64,000 nucleotides of DNA from Syntrophales bacterium (GCA_963665615.2 CAXXQE010000001.1:451151-515150); one strand, 5' to 3'; positions 9,716 through 19,709 are shown, numbered from the stretch's first letter. The notes: generated by a model not told the origin, from the letters alone. Numbers and translations: made by a program.

Positions 9716-10576
9716 ATGATCGTTATTGTTGGTCTTCTGATCGTCACCGGTGCGGTTTTCGGCGGTTATTTGATGGAGCACGGCAATCCGTCGCTTCTCA
9801 TACAGCCTGCCGAATTCATCATCATTTGTGGAGCAGCCGCCGGGCTGTTCGTTATCGCGACCCCCATGACAGTTATCAAGCACGCCATTTCTGGCGTTCT
9901 CGGGACCCTGAAAGGCGGCAAGTATGGCAAGGCGGATTACCTGGAGCTTCTGATGCTCCTCAGTCAGGTCTTCTACAAGATCCGCAAGCAGGGACTGGTG
10001 GCGGTCGAGGAGGATGTCGATAATCCGGAGGAGAGCGCCATTTTCAAGCAGTATCCGAAGTTTCTGGCCAATCATCATGCCGTCAATTTTCTGGCCGATA
10101 CCCTGCGGACCGTCATCTCGACGACCATCGAACCGCACGAGCTGGAGGCAATCATGGACGCGGAACTGGAGGCCTATCATGAGGAACTGGTGGCGCCTTC
10201 CAAGAGCCTCGCCCTGGTGGCCGATTCGCTGCCGGGTGTCGGTATCGTGGCCTGCGTTCTTGGCGTCGTTCTCACCATGCAGAAGATCGGCGAGCCGCCG
10301 GAGGTCTTGGGACAGCATATCGGGGCGGCGCTTGTCGGAACCTTCCTGGGCATTCTCTTGTCCTACGGCTATGTCGGACCGATGTCCAAAAACATGGAGT
10401 CCCAGGCCGCTGAAGAGCTCGAGTACACCAACGTTTTGAAGATCGCATTGAAATCCTTTGTCAGCAATAACGCCGCGCCCCAGGTCGCCATCGAATTCGG
10501 TCGAAGAATCATCCCTGAGCCCTTGCGACCGACGTTTGCCGAGGTCGAAGAGGCGATGAGGAGCGTCAAGAAATAA
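9716..10576 (+). CDS. motA: Flagellar motor stator protein MotA
   Basis: GGYLMEHG, QPAEFIII, LPGVGIVACVLG, GAALVGTFLGILLSYG, EFGR. Confidence 0.93.
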   Translation: MIVIVGLLIVTGAVFGGYLMEHGNPSLLIQPAEFIIICGAAAGLFVIATPMTVIKHAISGVLGTLKGGKYGKADYLELLMLLSQVFYKIRKQGLVAVEEDVDNPEESAIFKQYPKFLANHHAVNFLADTLRTVISTTIEPHELEAIMDAELEAYHEELVAPSKSLALVADSLPGVGIVACVLGVVLTMQKIGEPPEVLGQHIGAALVGTFLGILLSYGYVGPMSKNMESQAAEELEYTNVLKIALKSFVSNNAAPQVAIEFGRRIIPEPLRPTFAEVEEAMRSVKK

Positions 10577-10580
10577 ATAA

Positions 10581-11474
10581 ATGAGCGATCAGCCGACAAG
10601 ACCCATCATCATCAAAAAGGTCAACAAGAAGCACGACGGTCATCACGGCGGATCGTGGAAGGTGGCCTACGCCGATTTCGTCACGGCCATGATGGCCTTC
10701 TTCCTGCTGATGTGGCTGCTCGCCATGGTGTCGCCGGAAAAGCGTGCGGCCCTCGAGGCCTACTTCAACAACTTTACCGTCTTCAAGGATTACAAGAGCA
10801 GTTTTCAAGAAGGGCAGGGCGGCGGTCCCGGCTTCATCAACATGGGAACCGGTCGCACCAACAATGCCAAGGTCGTGGCGGCGAACAGACAACTGAAAAA
10901 GAAGATCGACGAAGCGGTGACGAAAAACCTGAAAGGGCTGGAGAACCAGGTCATGGTGGACGTTTCCGAAGACGGCGTCCGAATCCAGATCGTAGACAAC
11001 GAGGGCAGTCAGATGTTCCCGTCGGGGAGCGATCAGCCGACGGAAAAGGCCCAGCAGATCCTCAGCCTCGTGGGCGAAAATATCAAAGGCCTGTCCAACA
11101 AGATCGCCATCGAAGGACATACCGATTCCATTCCGTATCGCAAGGAACAGAGCACCAACTGGGAGCTCTCCACGGCCAGGGCCTCGTCGGCCCGTCGCCA
11201 GCTGGAACAAGCCGGCATCGATCCCGTGCGTATCGCCAAGGTGGTTGGCTATGCCGATCAGCAGCTGCTGTACAAGGATAATCCAAAGGATCCCCGCAAC
11301 CGCCGGATCAGCATCATCGTAATGAATTCGACCGATAAGGAGCTGCCCGTCGTGCCGAAGGACAGTCTCAAGGCCATTCCCGATCAGATCCCAACCCTCG
11401 GTCCCGAAATGTTGTCGCGTCCTCCAGCCGGCAGCGCGGCGCCGGCAAAGCCTTTTGTTATACCGATCAAATAA
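10581..11474 (+). CDS. motB: Flagellar motor stator protein MotB
   Basis: HGGSWKVAYADFVTAMMAFFLLMWL; OmpA-like IEGHTD, NWELSTARA, NRRI. Confidence 0.93.
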   Translation: MSDQPTRPIIIKKVNKKHDGHHGGSWKVAYADFVTAMMAFFLLMWLLAMVSPEKRAALEAYFNNFTVFKDYKSSFQEGQGGGPGFINMGTGRTNNAKVVAANRQLKKKIDEAVTKNLKGLENQVMVDVSEDGVRIQIVDNEGSQMFPSGSDQPTEKAQQILSLVGENIKGLSNKIAIEGHTDSIPYRKEQSTNWELSTARASSARRQLEQAGIDPVRIAKVVGYADQQLLYKDNPKDPRNRRISIIVMNSTDKELPVVPKDSLKAIPDQIPTLGPEMLSRPPAGSAAPAKPFVIPIK

Positions 11475-11623
11475 AGGTAATCGAATCGGTAAGGAGGTCG
11501 TGTCGATTTCCTTGCCTGTGAAGAAATCGGAACCGTTTTTTTCAGCCCCACTGAGATCCTGGCCGGCTGATTCAGAGCAATAAACTTTTTTTGAGAAAGA
11601 AGTTTTGATGGAGGGATGGAGGG

Positions 11624-12016
11624 ATGCCGCGACTCGAAACAACCATGCGAAGCAATATTACAATTAGAAAAGTTTTCGGCCAAGTTACGTGTGATGAACT
11701 GATCAGTGCACTTCGGGATAGCTACGCCAATCCCATAACCGGTTATTGGATATGGGATCTGTCTGAGGCGGATACGAAACAGATCACCTCCGCCGACGCT
11801 CAGAGAATTGCTGAATTTGCATCGGCAAATACCCATATAAAGCCAAAGGGCAGAACGGCCATTATCGCACCGACAGACCTAACATTCGGAATGAGTAGAG
11901 TGTTTGAAATATATAGCGAACTTGCGTCTGTTCCGGTTCAGGTGAAGATATGCAGGACGCAGTCCGAAGCGTTGGGGTGGATGGATGAACAGGAGGTTCG
12001 ACAAGTTGGGCGGTAA
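11624..12016 (+). CDS. Hypothetical protein (STAS/SpoIIAA-like fold possible)
   Basis: 130 aa; IWDLS...AIIAPTDLTFGMSRVF...EALGW pattern; GGAGG RBS. Confidence 0.6.
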   Translation: MPRLETTMRSNITIRKVFGQVTCDELISALRDSYANPITGYWIWDLSEADTKQITSADAQRIAEFASANTHIKPKGRTAIIAPTDLTFGMSRVFEIYSELASVPVQVKICRTQSEALGWMDEQEVRQVGR

Positions 12017-12107
12017 AAGCAGCTTGGCTAAACATCTTCCGGTATTTCCCGGTGATGCCTTTGTTTCCCTACGTGGCTGATCCGTTTTAGCTTGACAAGA
12101 TTTGCCC

Positions 12108-12220
12108 TTTCAAGATACTTCCGTGCAAACTCCGGGGTATCTTCGATCCCTGAGGAAGTCGTTCCATTGTTATTCGCTCGCTTGCTTGCTTCGCGCAAGC
12201 TGCGGGTAATGCGCTCGCTG
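12108..12220 (-). repeat. Palindromic dispersed repeat, family B copy
   Basis: Reverse complement reads cagcgagcgcattacccgcagcttgc...gcgagcgaat...gggatcgaagataccccggagtttgcacgg. Confidence 0.7.
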
Positions 12221-12272
12221 CCGGATTTATTGTTCATAGCGGCAGAGACGTTTCTGGAGAAAGTCCCCTGCC

Positions 12273-13775
12273 ATGAACATCCTTCTCATCCATTCCCCGG
12301 TCGTGAAGCCGTGCGAGCCGCCGGCCGGACCGGCCAGACTTCAGGGCGCCTTGAAGGCGCACGGGATTTCGTGCACCCTTTGGGATGCGTCTGTCGAGGG
12401 TCTGCTTGTGCTGATGGAAACGGCAGCCGGCGAGGATGTCTGGACCCGCCGCGCCATGCGCAATCGTACGCGTAACCAGAGCCTGCTTCAGGACGTGTCG
12501 ATCTATCGCGATCCTGTCCGCCTCCACCGTGCCGTTTCCGATCTGAATCGTCTGCTGGCCGTTTCCGGACAAAAAAGCGGCGTGCGTCTCAGTCTCTCCG
12601 ATTATCGCGAGGAGGGCAGAGGCGCCATGACGTGCGGCGATCTCCTCCAGATCGCGGAATATCCCGAGCGCAATCCCTTTCACCCCTGGTTTTCACAGCG
12701 TCTTGCGGATCTGTTGATCCGCGAGCCCTTCACCCATGTCGGTTTTTCATTGAACTATCTGAGCCAGGCCGCGACGACCTTCGCCATGATCGGTTTCGTG
12801 AGGAGGGCGATGCCCGGCGTAAAAATCATTCTTGGCGGCGGACTCGTCACGTCATGGATGCGTCGCATCAATCTGGCTGCAGCCTTGCGCGGATGGGTGG
12901 ATTGTGTCATCTCCGGCCCCGGAGAGGCGCCCCTTCTGGCATTGAACGGGATTGTCGAGGCGGGTATGTCTTTCGCGCCATGCTATGACGGCATTTCCTG
13001 GGGTGATTATCTCGCGCCTGGTGGCATTCTTCCATACAGTGCCTCAAACGGCTGCTGGTGGCGGCGCTGCGCCTTTTGTCCCGAACAGGCGGAAGGAAAC
13101 GGCTATCAGCCCATTCCGATGTCGCAGGTCGTCGATGAATTGACGGGATTGCGCGAAACCATTCATCCGGCGCTAGTGCATCTGCTCGATAACGCGATCA
13201 GTCCGTCCTTGATGGAGGCGCTGATCCGCGCTGACATTGGGTTGCCGTGGTACGGCTTTGCGCGCTTCACCGATCATCTCGCCGACCCAGCGTTCTGCCG
13301 GGCGCTCAGGCAGTCCGGCTGCAGAATGCTGCAACTCGGTCTGGAGTCAGGGGATCAAAGCGTCCTTGACGTGCTCGACAAGGGAGTCGATCTTGCGACG
13401 GCGTCAAAGTCACTGCGCGCCCTCAAGGATGCAGGGATCGGCACATACGTTTACCTGCTCTTCGGCACGCCCGCCGAGGATGAAGCGAAAGCGCAGAAGA
13501 CCATGGACTTCACCGTACAGCACAGCGATGCTATCGATTTCCTCAACGTCGCCATCTTCAACCTGCCGGTCGGTACCATGCCGGAGCTGGAGCGCCGCGC
13601 CTTTTACGAGGGCGATCTGTCGCTCTACACCGATTTCGTTCACCCAAATGGCTGGGACCGCAAACACGTCCGTCGCTTCATCGAGAGAGAATTCAAAACC
13701 CATCCTGCGATCCGACCGATCATTCAACGCGATCCGCCTTGGTTTACTTCTAATCACGCCGCCTTACTGATTTAG
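12273..13775 (+). CDS. Radical SAM protein, B12-binding-domain (class B-like) type
   Basis: GFSLNYLSQ / ILGGG region, GCWWRRCAFC, LGLESG, YLLFGTP. Confidence 0.8.
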   Translation: MNILLIHSPVVKPCEPPAGPARLQGALKAHGISCTLWDASVEGLLVLMETAAGEDVWTRRAMRNRTRNQSLLQDVSIYRDPVRLHRAVSDLNRLLAVSGQKSGVRLSLSDYREEGRGAMTCGDLLQIAEYPERNPFHPWFSQRLADLLIREPFTHVGFSLNYLSQAATTFAMIGFVRRAMPGVKIILGGGLVTSWMRRINLAAALRGWVDCVISGPGEAPLLALNGIVEAGMSFAPCYDGISWGDYLAPGGILPYSASNGCWWRRCAFCPEQAEGNGYQPIPMSQVVDELTGLRETIHPALVHLLDNAISPSLMEALIRADIGLPWYGFARFTDHLADPAFCRALRQSGCRMLQLGLESGDQSVLDVLDKGVDLATASKSLRALKDAGIGTYVYLLFGTPAEDEAKAQKTMDFTVQHSDAIDFLNVAIFNLPVGTMPELERRAFYEGDLSLYTDFVHPNGWDRKHVRRFIEREFKTHPAIRPIIQRDPPWFTSNHAALLI

Positions 13776-14001
13776 TTCGAAGTTCAGATCTGAAGAAACG
13801 GGGTTACCTTATCCCGGCCGTTGCTTGGCTTGAGGGACACTGTAAAATTTAGTGCTGCCTGATAAATGATTGCAGGAAGAAGGGCATTGAGAAAGCCTGT
13901 CAGTAATGCTTTCTCGGTGTGTTTTTGCGCGATAGTCGGCCGTTGATCAAGCAGTAGAAATGATTCAAATGACAGGCAAGTAACAAGTGACTATCCAAAC
14001 C

Positions 14002-14120
14002 TTGAATGCTTCAGTGAGCGCATTCCCCCGGTTTGTCGCGTGGCAAGCGAGAGAATCAGGACAAAACATTTTCTTTGGGAATCGGAGATTCACCGGAGCA
14101 ATCTCCCGTGAGCCTTCAAT
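14002..14120 (+). repeat. Family B repeat, near full-length copy
   Basis: ttgaatgcttcagtgagcgcattcccc...gcgagagaatcaggac...gggaatcggagattcaccggagc...cttcaat. Confidence 0.8.
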
Positions 14121-14137
14121 GGCTGGAGTCTTAATTT

Positions 14138-14656
14138 TTATTTTTTTGTCTGCGCTGTCCTATGATCCAAGATGATCTTCTCAAGAACACATGAAGGAAC
14201 ATACTTGCCGACCACCTCTTCCCAGCCCTCAGGTCCGATGAGTCCTCTAACGGTGCTAGAACTAATTTCAATTAATTCCCTGGGCGGCAAGAGAAACACA
14301 GTCACTATTTCAGAATTAAGTTGAGCGTTGACGTAACTTAGAGCCTTCTCATACTCGTAATCGGTCGTACTCCGTATTCCTCTCAAAATGAATTGGGCGC
14401 CTATGCTGCTGGCATACTTAATGAGAAATTTGTTCGGCGCTTCCTCAACAGTGACGTTTCCGTATCCTGATATCGATTTTTGAAGCATTATAATTCTGTC
14501 TTCAATAGAGAAATAGCATTTCTTGTCCGGATTTGTTCCAACGGCGATGACGAGTTTGTCGAAAAGGTTGGAGCCCGCCTTAATCATCCAAAGGTGGCCA
14601 AGTGTAACCGGATCGAAAGTGCCGGTGTATAACGCAATCCGATTTTGTGGTTTCAA
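14138..14656 (-). CDS. coaD: Phosphopantetheine adenylyltransferase
   Basis: YTGTFDPVTLGH, ILRGIRSTTDYEYE, ISSSTVR; TTG start after GGAGG. Confidence 0.92.
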   Translation of the reverse strand: MKPQNRIALYTGTFDPVTLGHLWMIKAGSNLFDKLVIAVGTNPDKKCYFSIEDRIIMLQKSISGYGNVTVEEAPNKFLIKYASSIGAQFILRGIRSTTDYEYEKALSYVNAQLNSEIVTVFLLPPRELIEISSSTVRGLIGPEGWEEVVGKYVPSCVLEKIILDHRTAQTKK

Positions 14657-14668
14657 TACGGTCCTCCG

Positions 14669-14744
14669 TTGAATTCTTTAGCGAGCGTATTCCCCGCTGC
14701 TTGCGGCAGGGTAAGCAAGCGAATCAGAAAAAAGCAGCTACCTT
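14669..14744 (+). repeat. Family B repeat, 5' part
   Basis: ttgaattctttagcgagcgtattccccgctgcttgcggcagggtaagcaagcgaatcag. Confidence 0.8.
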
Positions 14745-14841
14745 TAGAGGGATGACGTATAAAATGTGCGTCCTTGTATGTCAAGAAAATCATGGCCTAA
14801 AATGTGGGTTTTTTTAGGAATCTACACCTCATATTCTTTAT

Positions 14842-15399
14842 CTATTTCATATTGAGCATCTTTTTGATGCTTTCAACAAAGGGACCATCTTCGCGCCAGG
14901 CGCTGCATGTATTGACAAGATATTTCAGTATCATTTTAGCCCGCGCAGGATCAAAATCCCGGGACTTAGGCGCTCGGTATGCGCCAACCCCCTGGAAGAC
15001 GGCGGGAGCCATTGCTTGCAAGAGTTCAACCAGATGAATGCAGCCCTTGGTGCCGCCGGCTATTTTTTTCACCTTTGCCATAAATCCTTTGGTGATGGTC
15101 AGACCCTTAATGGGGGCAAGACATTGCGCCGTTTCCCAACATAATTCACGGGGGACGGCCAGCAGATCAACAGAAACATCTTCAATAAGATAATTGGACC
15201 AATTCACCAGCAGTCGAATCGACATGTGCTGAAAGACGCCGTTGGGAAGTTCCTCGCCGGTCGCGGTATAAGAAGCCTGAAACCGATCATCTTTGAGACA
15301 ACCTTCGACAATGACTCTCTGTGCGTCATATTCGTATGTCGTGACTTCTATACTCCGTGTATGGCACTTCTTCCCTTTTGATTCCCAAAGTGATTGCAT
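14842..15399 (-). CDS. DUF2889-type hypothetical protein
   Basis: HTRSIEV, H-M-S-I-R-L, ELC, GCIHLVELL, NTCSAW pattern; start ATG 15399 after GAAGG. Confidence 0.75.
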   Translation of the reverse strand: MQSLWESKGKKCHTRSIEVTTYEYDAQRVIVEGCLKDDRFQASYTATGEELPNGVFQHMSIRLLVNWSNYLIEDVSVDLLAVPRELCWETAQCLAPIKGLTITKGFMAKVKKIAGGTKGCIHLVELLQAMAPAVFQGVGAYRAPKSRDFDPARAKMILKYLVNTCSAWREDGPFVESIKKMLNMK

Positions 15400-15505
15400 C
15401 TTATTACCTTCTCCGGAAAATATTTTTGTCAAGACAGTGGTGTTATAAGACTTCAATCATTCCTGGTTGTAAGCTTGCATATCCTTCGAAATCCGTCAAT
15501 TATTA

Positions 15506-15590
15506 TTGAGTTCTCCGGCGAGCGTATTCCACGCCGCTTGCGGCGGGGTAAGCGAGTGAATCAGGATAAATCAGCTTCCTTGGGAATCGG
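15506..15590 (+). repeat. Family B repeat copy
   Basis: ttgagttctccggcgagcgtattccacgccgcttgcggcggggtaagcgagtgaatcaggat...ccttgggaatcgg. Confidence 0.8.
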
Positions 15591-15826
15591 CGCCCCTCCT
15601 GAGAGTCACCGGTTTTCGAAGGCCCGAAGGCCGATTCAGGAGCAGAAACGGGTTAATGTCGATTTTCCGTTGTGCTGATTCATCTGCTCGACAAGGAGGC
15701 GAAGCGTCCGGGTGTGTCCTGTCAGCCCATCATCAAGCGATACGTCTGAAAGAGGTCTCCTGAATCCGACAGCGCACGCATGCCTCGTTGCCGCTGTATG
15801 TTATGGAATTGCGGGCTCGCATAAAT

Positions 15827-15867
15827 AAAAAGCAGGATGTCGCTTCTCGCGGCAGTCCTGCTTTTTT
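15827..15867. terminator. Intrinsic terminator downstream of nifJ
   Basis: AAAAAGCAGGA...TCCTGCTTTTTT hairpin. Confidence 0.7.
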
Positions 15868-15983
15868 CATTCATCCAAGGTCAAGGGAGGGGAAAACCAT
15901 AGTGGCTATTCGACATGGATTCCTTTTCTTAAATGTTGCCAGTTGCGGCCGATTCGATCATAAGAATGATCGGTCTTTCACGG

Positions 15984-18900
15984 TTACCCCTTGGCAAGCT
16001 GTTTGTAGAACTCGAATCGTTCCCTGGCTTCGTCTTCAGCGCGTTTATACAATTGATCGGCTACATCCGGGAACGTTCTCTTCAGACTTGAATAACGGAC
16101 TTCGCCCTGGATGAATGCCTGGAAGTCGCCTTTGATGTCGCTATAGTCTAGCTGGAAAGGATTCTGGCCTTCGGCTGCACGCAGCGGGTTGTAGCGGTAC
16201 AAGGGCCAGTACCCGGCTTCAACCGCTTTTTTCTCTTCTTCCTGGCTCTTGCCCATGTCGATGCCGTGGTTGATGCAGGGCGAGTAAGCTATGATCAGAG
16301 ACGTTCCGGGGTAACTTTCCGCTTCAATAATGGCCTTGAGGAACTGGTTCTTGTCCGCGCCCATGGCAACAGAGGCGACGTATGCGGAACCGTAGACCAT
16401 CATCATGCGGCCCAGATCTTTCTTGTGCGCCGATTTGCCTTTTGCCGCGAATTTTGCGACGGCACTCGTTGGCGTGGATTTGGACGCCTGGCCGCCTGTA
16501 TTGGAATACACTTCCGTATCCAGAACAAGAATGTTCAGATCGTGGTTCTGGGCAACCACATGGTCCAGCCCGCCGAAACCGATATCATAGGCCCAGCCGT
16601 CGCCGCCGATCGCCCAGATCGATTTTTTGACGATCATGTCCTTCAGGACGAGAATATAATTGAGAACATTTTTAAGCCGATCGGACGCGCTCGACATCTC
16701 TGCTGTAACGGCGTCTTCAATTCTGAAGCGCAAGGCCTTTGTTGCCTCGGCGTCGTTCATATTTTCCAGCCAGGCGCTGAAAAGATCGGTCAATTCCGCG
16801 GAAACGCCCTTTTTCATAGCTGAGCGCATAAAGCCGGCAAGTCTTTTGCGTCTCAAAGAAACGGCCATCTCCATGCCGAGCGTGAACTCTGCATTTTCCT
16901 CGAACAGGGAATTGGCCCAGGCCGGTCCGTGTCCCTTCTCGTTGACCGTATACGGACAGGTCGGCGCCGAACCGCCATAAATTGATGAACACCCTGTTGC
17001 ATTGCCGATGATCATCCGGTCGCCGAAGAGTTGGGTGATGACCTTGATGTAAGGCGTTTCTCCGCAGCCTGGACAGGCTCCTGAAAACTCGAAAAGGGGC
17101 TGGCAAAACTGACTTCCCTTTACGGTTGTTCTGGACACAAGGTTATCCTTGGTCGGAATCGTCAGGGAGAATTTATGATTGGGCACCTGTTGCTCCTCCT
17201 GGGTGCTCAGGCGCTTCATCACCAGCGACTTCTGCTTTGACGGGCATATATCCGCACAGTTGCCGCACCCGGAGCAATCCAGCGGACTGACCTGCATCCG
17301 GTACTTGAGCCCTTTGAGCTCCTTGCCTTGCGCCTCCAGAGTCATGAACGGCTCCGGGGCATTTTTCAGCTCCTCTTCCGATGCGAGTACCGGCCGAATC
17401 GCGGCATGTGGGCACACAAAAGCGCATTGATTGCACTGAATGCAATGCTCTGGCAGCCATTCGGGGACATTGATGGCAACGCCGCGTTTTTCAAACTGAG
17501 AGGTGGCTGTCGGAAAGATGCCGTCCGGAGGAAGTGCGCTGACCGGGATCTTGTCGCCTCTCTGGAGCAGCATCGGGTCCATAACCTTGTAAACGAATTC
17601 GGTATCAATGTGCGTCGGGAATTGACTCGGGCCCACCTCCGCCCACGACGCCGGCACCTTGATGACCGTGATGGCGTCAATGGCCTGATCGACGGCGCGG
17701 ATATTCATATTGACGATCTTGTCGCCCTTTTTGCCGTAAGTGTTTCTGATGGCGTCCTTGAGATAGGCAATGGCCTCTTCGGGCGGGATCACATTCGCTA
17801 TTTTGAAAAAGGCCGCCTGCATGATCATGTTGATCCTTCCGCCCAGGCCGACCTTCTCCGCAATGCTCACGGCATCGATGTTGTAGAAATTCAGATGCTT
17901 TTCCGCGATGACCTTCTTGAGACTTCCCGGCAGTTCCTTCTCCATCTGCTCCACGGTCCAGGGGGAGTTCAGGAGGAAATTTCCGCCTTCGACAATGCCG
18001 TCGAGCAGGTCGAACTGGTGAACATAGGCCGGGACATGGCATGCGATGAAATCAGCGTGCTTGATCAGGTAATGTGAAAGGATCGGATGGGGCGAAAAGC
18101 GGACATGCGAGACCGTGACGCCACCTGATTTCTTGGCATCGTAGGCGAAATAGGCCTGGGTGTACATATTCGTTTTTTCGCCGATGATCTTGATCGCTTC
18201 CTTGTTCGCGCCGACCGTTCCGTCGGAACCGATACCCCAGAATTTGCACTGCCTGGTGCCCTCCGGGGAGGCTGAAAATTCCTCTCCGACTTCAAGCGAC
18301 GAAAAGCTCACATCGTCATTGATCCCTACGGTGAACGATCGTTTCGGTTTCCACTCGTCGAGATTGTCGTAGATAGCCTTCACCATGGCCGGCGTAAAAT
18401 CCTTGCTGCCCAGCCCATAGCGGCCTCCGATGACCAACTGGCCAAATCCGCTTTCATTGATGGCGGTACTGACATCCTGGTAGAGCGGCTCTCCGACCGC
18501 CAGCGGGGTCTTGACGCGATCGAGTACGGCGATCTTCTTGACGGACGTCGGCATAGCCCTGAAAAAGTGTTCCCTGGAGAAAGGCAGATAGAGCCGGACC
18601 TTGATCAGGCCGAGGCGCGCACCTTTGGCGTTCAGGTAATTGATCGTGCCTTCAATGACGTCACAGCTCGAGCCCATCGAAACGATGACCTTGTCGGCCT
18701 CCGGGTGTCCCACGTAGTCGAAGAGGTGGTAGGGCCGGCCGGTGAGATCGCTGACCCTTTTCATTTCCGCTTCCACGATGCCGGCGATCTTGGCATAGTA
18801 GGGGGCGCAGGCTTCGCGGTTCTGGAAGAAAATATCCGGCCTCTGCGAGGTGCCGCGCATCTGCGGATGCTCCGGATTCATGGATCGGGTCCGGAAACGT

Positions 18901-19502
18901 TCGATCGCATACCAATCGACGAGTTTGGCCATGTCGGCGTAATCGATCAGCTCCACCTTTTGAACAACCATGGAGGTTCTGAATCCGTCAAAGAAGTGAA
19001 GAAACGGGATGCTGGATCGAATGCTTGCCAGGTGTGCGACCAGGCCGATGTCCATCACCTCCTGAGGGGAGGCCGAGGCGATCTGTGCAAACCCCGTCTG
19101 CCGCACCGCGTTAATATCCGAATGATCCCCGAAAATGCAAAGGGCATGGGGGGCAAGAGATCGCGCAGCGACATGAAAGACAGCCGGCATCAGTTCGCCC
19201 GCGATCTTGTACATGTCGGGCTTCATCAGTAGAAGCCCCTGAGAGGCCGTAAATGTTGTAGACAGCGTCCCCGCAGCCGCGGCCCCATGTACCGCAGCCG
19301 CAGCCCCGGCTTCTGACTGCATTTCAATAATATCAGGCACCTGATCAAAAATGTTCTTTTTGTCACGGGCAGCCCATTCACTGCAATATTCTCCGATGGT
19401 GCTGGAAGGGGTAATCGGGTAGATGGCAGCGACTTCGCTCATTGCATAGGCGACGTAAGCTGCGATTTCGTTTCCTTCCATTGTCTTTTGGTAACCAGCC
19501 AT
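15984..19502 (-). CDS. nifJ: Pyruvate:ferredoxin (flavodoxin) oxidoreductase, homodimeric
   Basis: YPITPSS, EMQSEAGAA, two CxxCxxCxxxCP ferredoxin motifs, GACPGCGE, GDGWAYDIG, YSNTGGQ. Confidence 0.97.
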   Translation of the reverse strand: MAGYQKTMEGNEIAAYVAYAMSEVAAIYPITPSSTIGEYCSEWAARDKKNIFDQVPDIIEMQSEAGAAAAVHGAAAAGTLSTTFTASQGLLLMKPDMYKIAGELMPAVFHVAARSLAPHALCIFGDHSDINAVRQTGFAQIASASPQEVMDIGLVAHLASIRSSIPFLHFFDGFRTSMVVQKVELIDYADMAKLVDWYAIERFRTRSMNPEHPQMRGTSQRPDIFFQNREACAPYYAKIAGIVEAEMKRVSDLTGRPYHLFDYVGHPEADKVIVSMGSSCDVIEGTINYLNAKGARLGLIKVRLYLPFSREHFFRAMPTSVKKIAVLDRVKTPLAVGEPLYQDVSTAINESGFGQLVIGGRYGLGSKDFTPAMVKAIYDNLDEWKPKRSFTVGINDDVSFSSLEVGEEFSASPEGTRQCKFWGIGSDGTVGANKEAIKIIGEKTNMYTQAYFAYDAKKSGGVTVSHVRFSPHPILSHYLIKHADFIACHVPAYVHQFDLLDGIVEGGNFLLNSPWTVEQMEKELPGSLKKVIAEKHLNFYNIDAVSIAEKVGLGGRINMIMQAAFFKIANVIPPEEAIAYLKDAIRNTYGKKGDKIVNMNIRAVDQAIDAITVIKVPASWAEVGPSQFPTHIDTEFVYKVMDPMLLQRGDKIPVSALPPDGIFPTATSQFEKRGVAINVPEWLPEHCIQCNQCAFVCPHAAIRPVLASEEELKNAPEPFMTLEAQGKELKGLKYRMQVSPLDCSGCGNCADICPSKQKSLVMKRLSTQEEQQVPNHKFSLTIPTKDNLVSRTTVKGSQFCQPLFEFSGACPGCGETPYIKVITQLFGDRMIIGNATGCSSIYGGSAPTCPYTVNEKGHGPAWANSLFEENAEFTLGMEMAVSLRRKRLAGFMRSAMKKGVSAELTDLFSAWLENMNDAEATKALRFRIEDAVTAEMSSASDRLKNVLNYILVLKDMIVKKSIWAIGGDGWAYDIGFGGLDHVVAQNHDLNILVLDTEVYSNTGGQASKSTPTSAVAKFAAKGKSAHKKDLGRMMMVYGSAYVASVAMGADKNQFLKAIIEAESYPGTSLIIAYSPCINHGIDMGKSQEEEKKAVEAGYWPLYRYNPLRAAEGQNPFQLDYSDIKGDFQAFIQGEVRYSSLKRTFPDVADQLYKRAEDEARERFEFYKQLAKG

Positions 19503-19703
19503 TTTTCTCTCCCTTTCTGCCTCAACACAAAAAAAGGCCCATCCTTCTCAGGATAGGCCTTTAAAATCCATGACACTGCACAGAGTTAAATATCAAAATC
19601 TATCCTGTCTCTGGTCGGTAGACTCAAAGCAGTATTTAAATGAATATTAAGAGCGCATCCATGCAGTTCTTTTAAGATACCGCTACTCTGCCTCTTATGA
19701 GTT
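19503..19703 (-). ncRNA. Structured 5' leader of nifJ with terminator/antiterminator (candidate riboswitch or attenuator)
   Basis: Terminator AGGCCTATCC-TGAGAA-GGATGGGCCT-T run ahead of the RBS; upstream CAGGATAG is complementary to its left arm; several further helices. Confidence 0.6.
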
Positions 19704-19709
19704 TTTTAC

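Noticed and set aside
9716..11474. MotA/MotB pair as Zorya (ZorAB) anti-phage system
   Set aside because: MotA has normal length with no long ZorA tail, MotB has the canonical flagellar WKVAYADF motif, and no zorC/D/E genes are adjacent
11491..11583. 27-aa ORF after AAGGAGGT downstream of motB
   Set aside because: SD lies only 1-2 nt from the GTG and the peptide has no recognisable features
12028..12237. 69-aa minus-strand ORF
   Set aside because: Mostly a translation of a family B repeat copy
14002..15590. Classical integron attC cassette array
   Set aside because: No integrase in the window, no clear RYYYAAC/GTTRRRY ends, and copies are dispersed in both orientations
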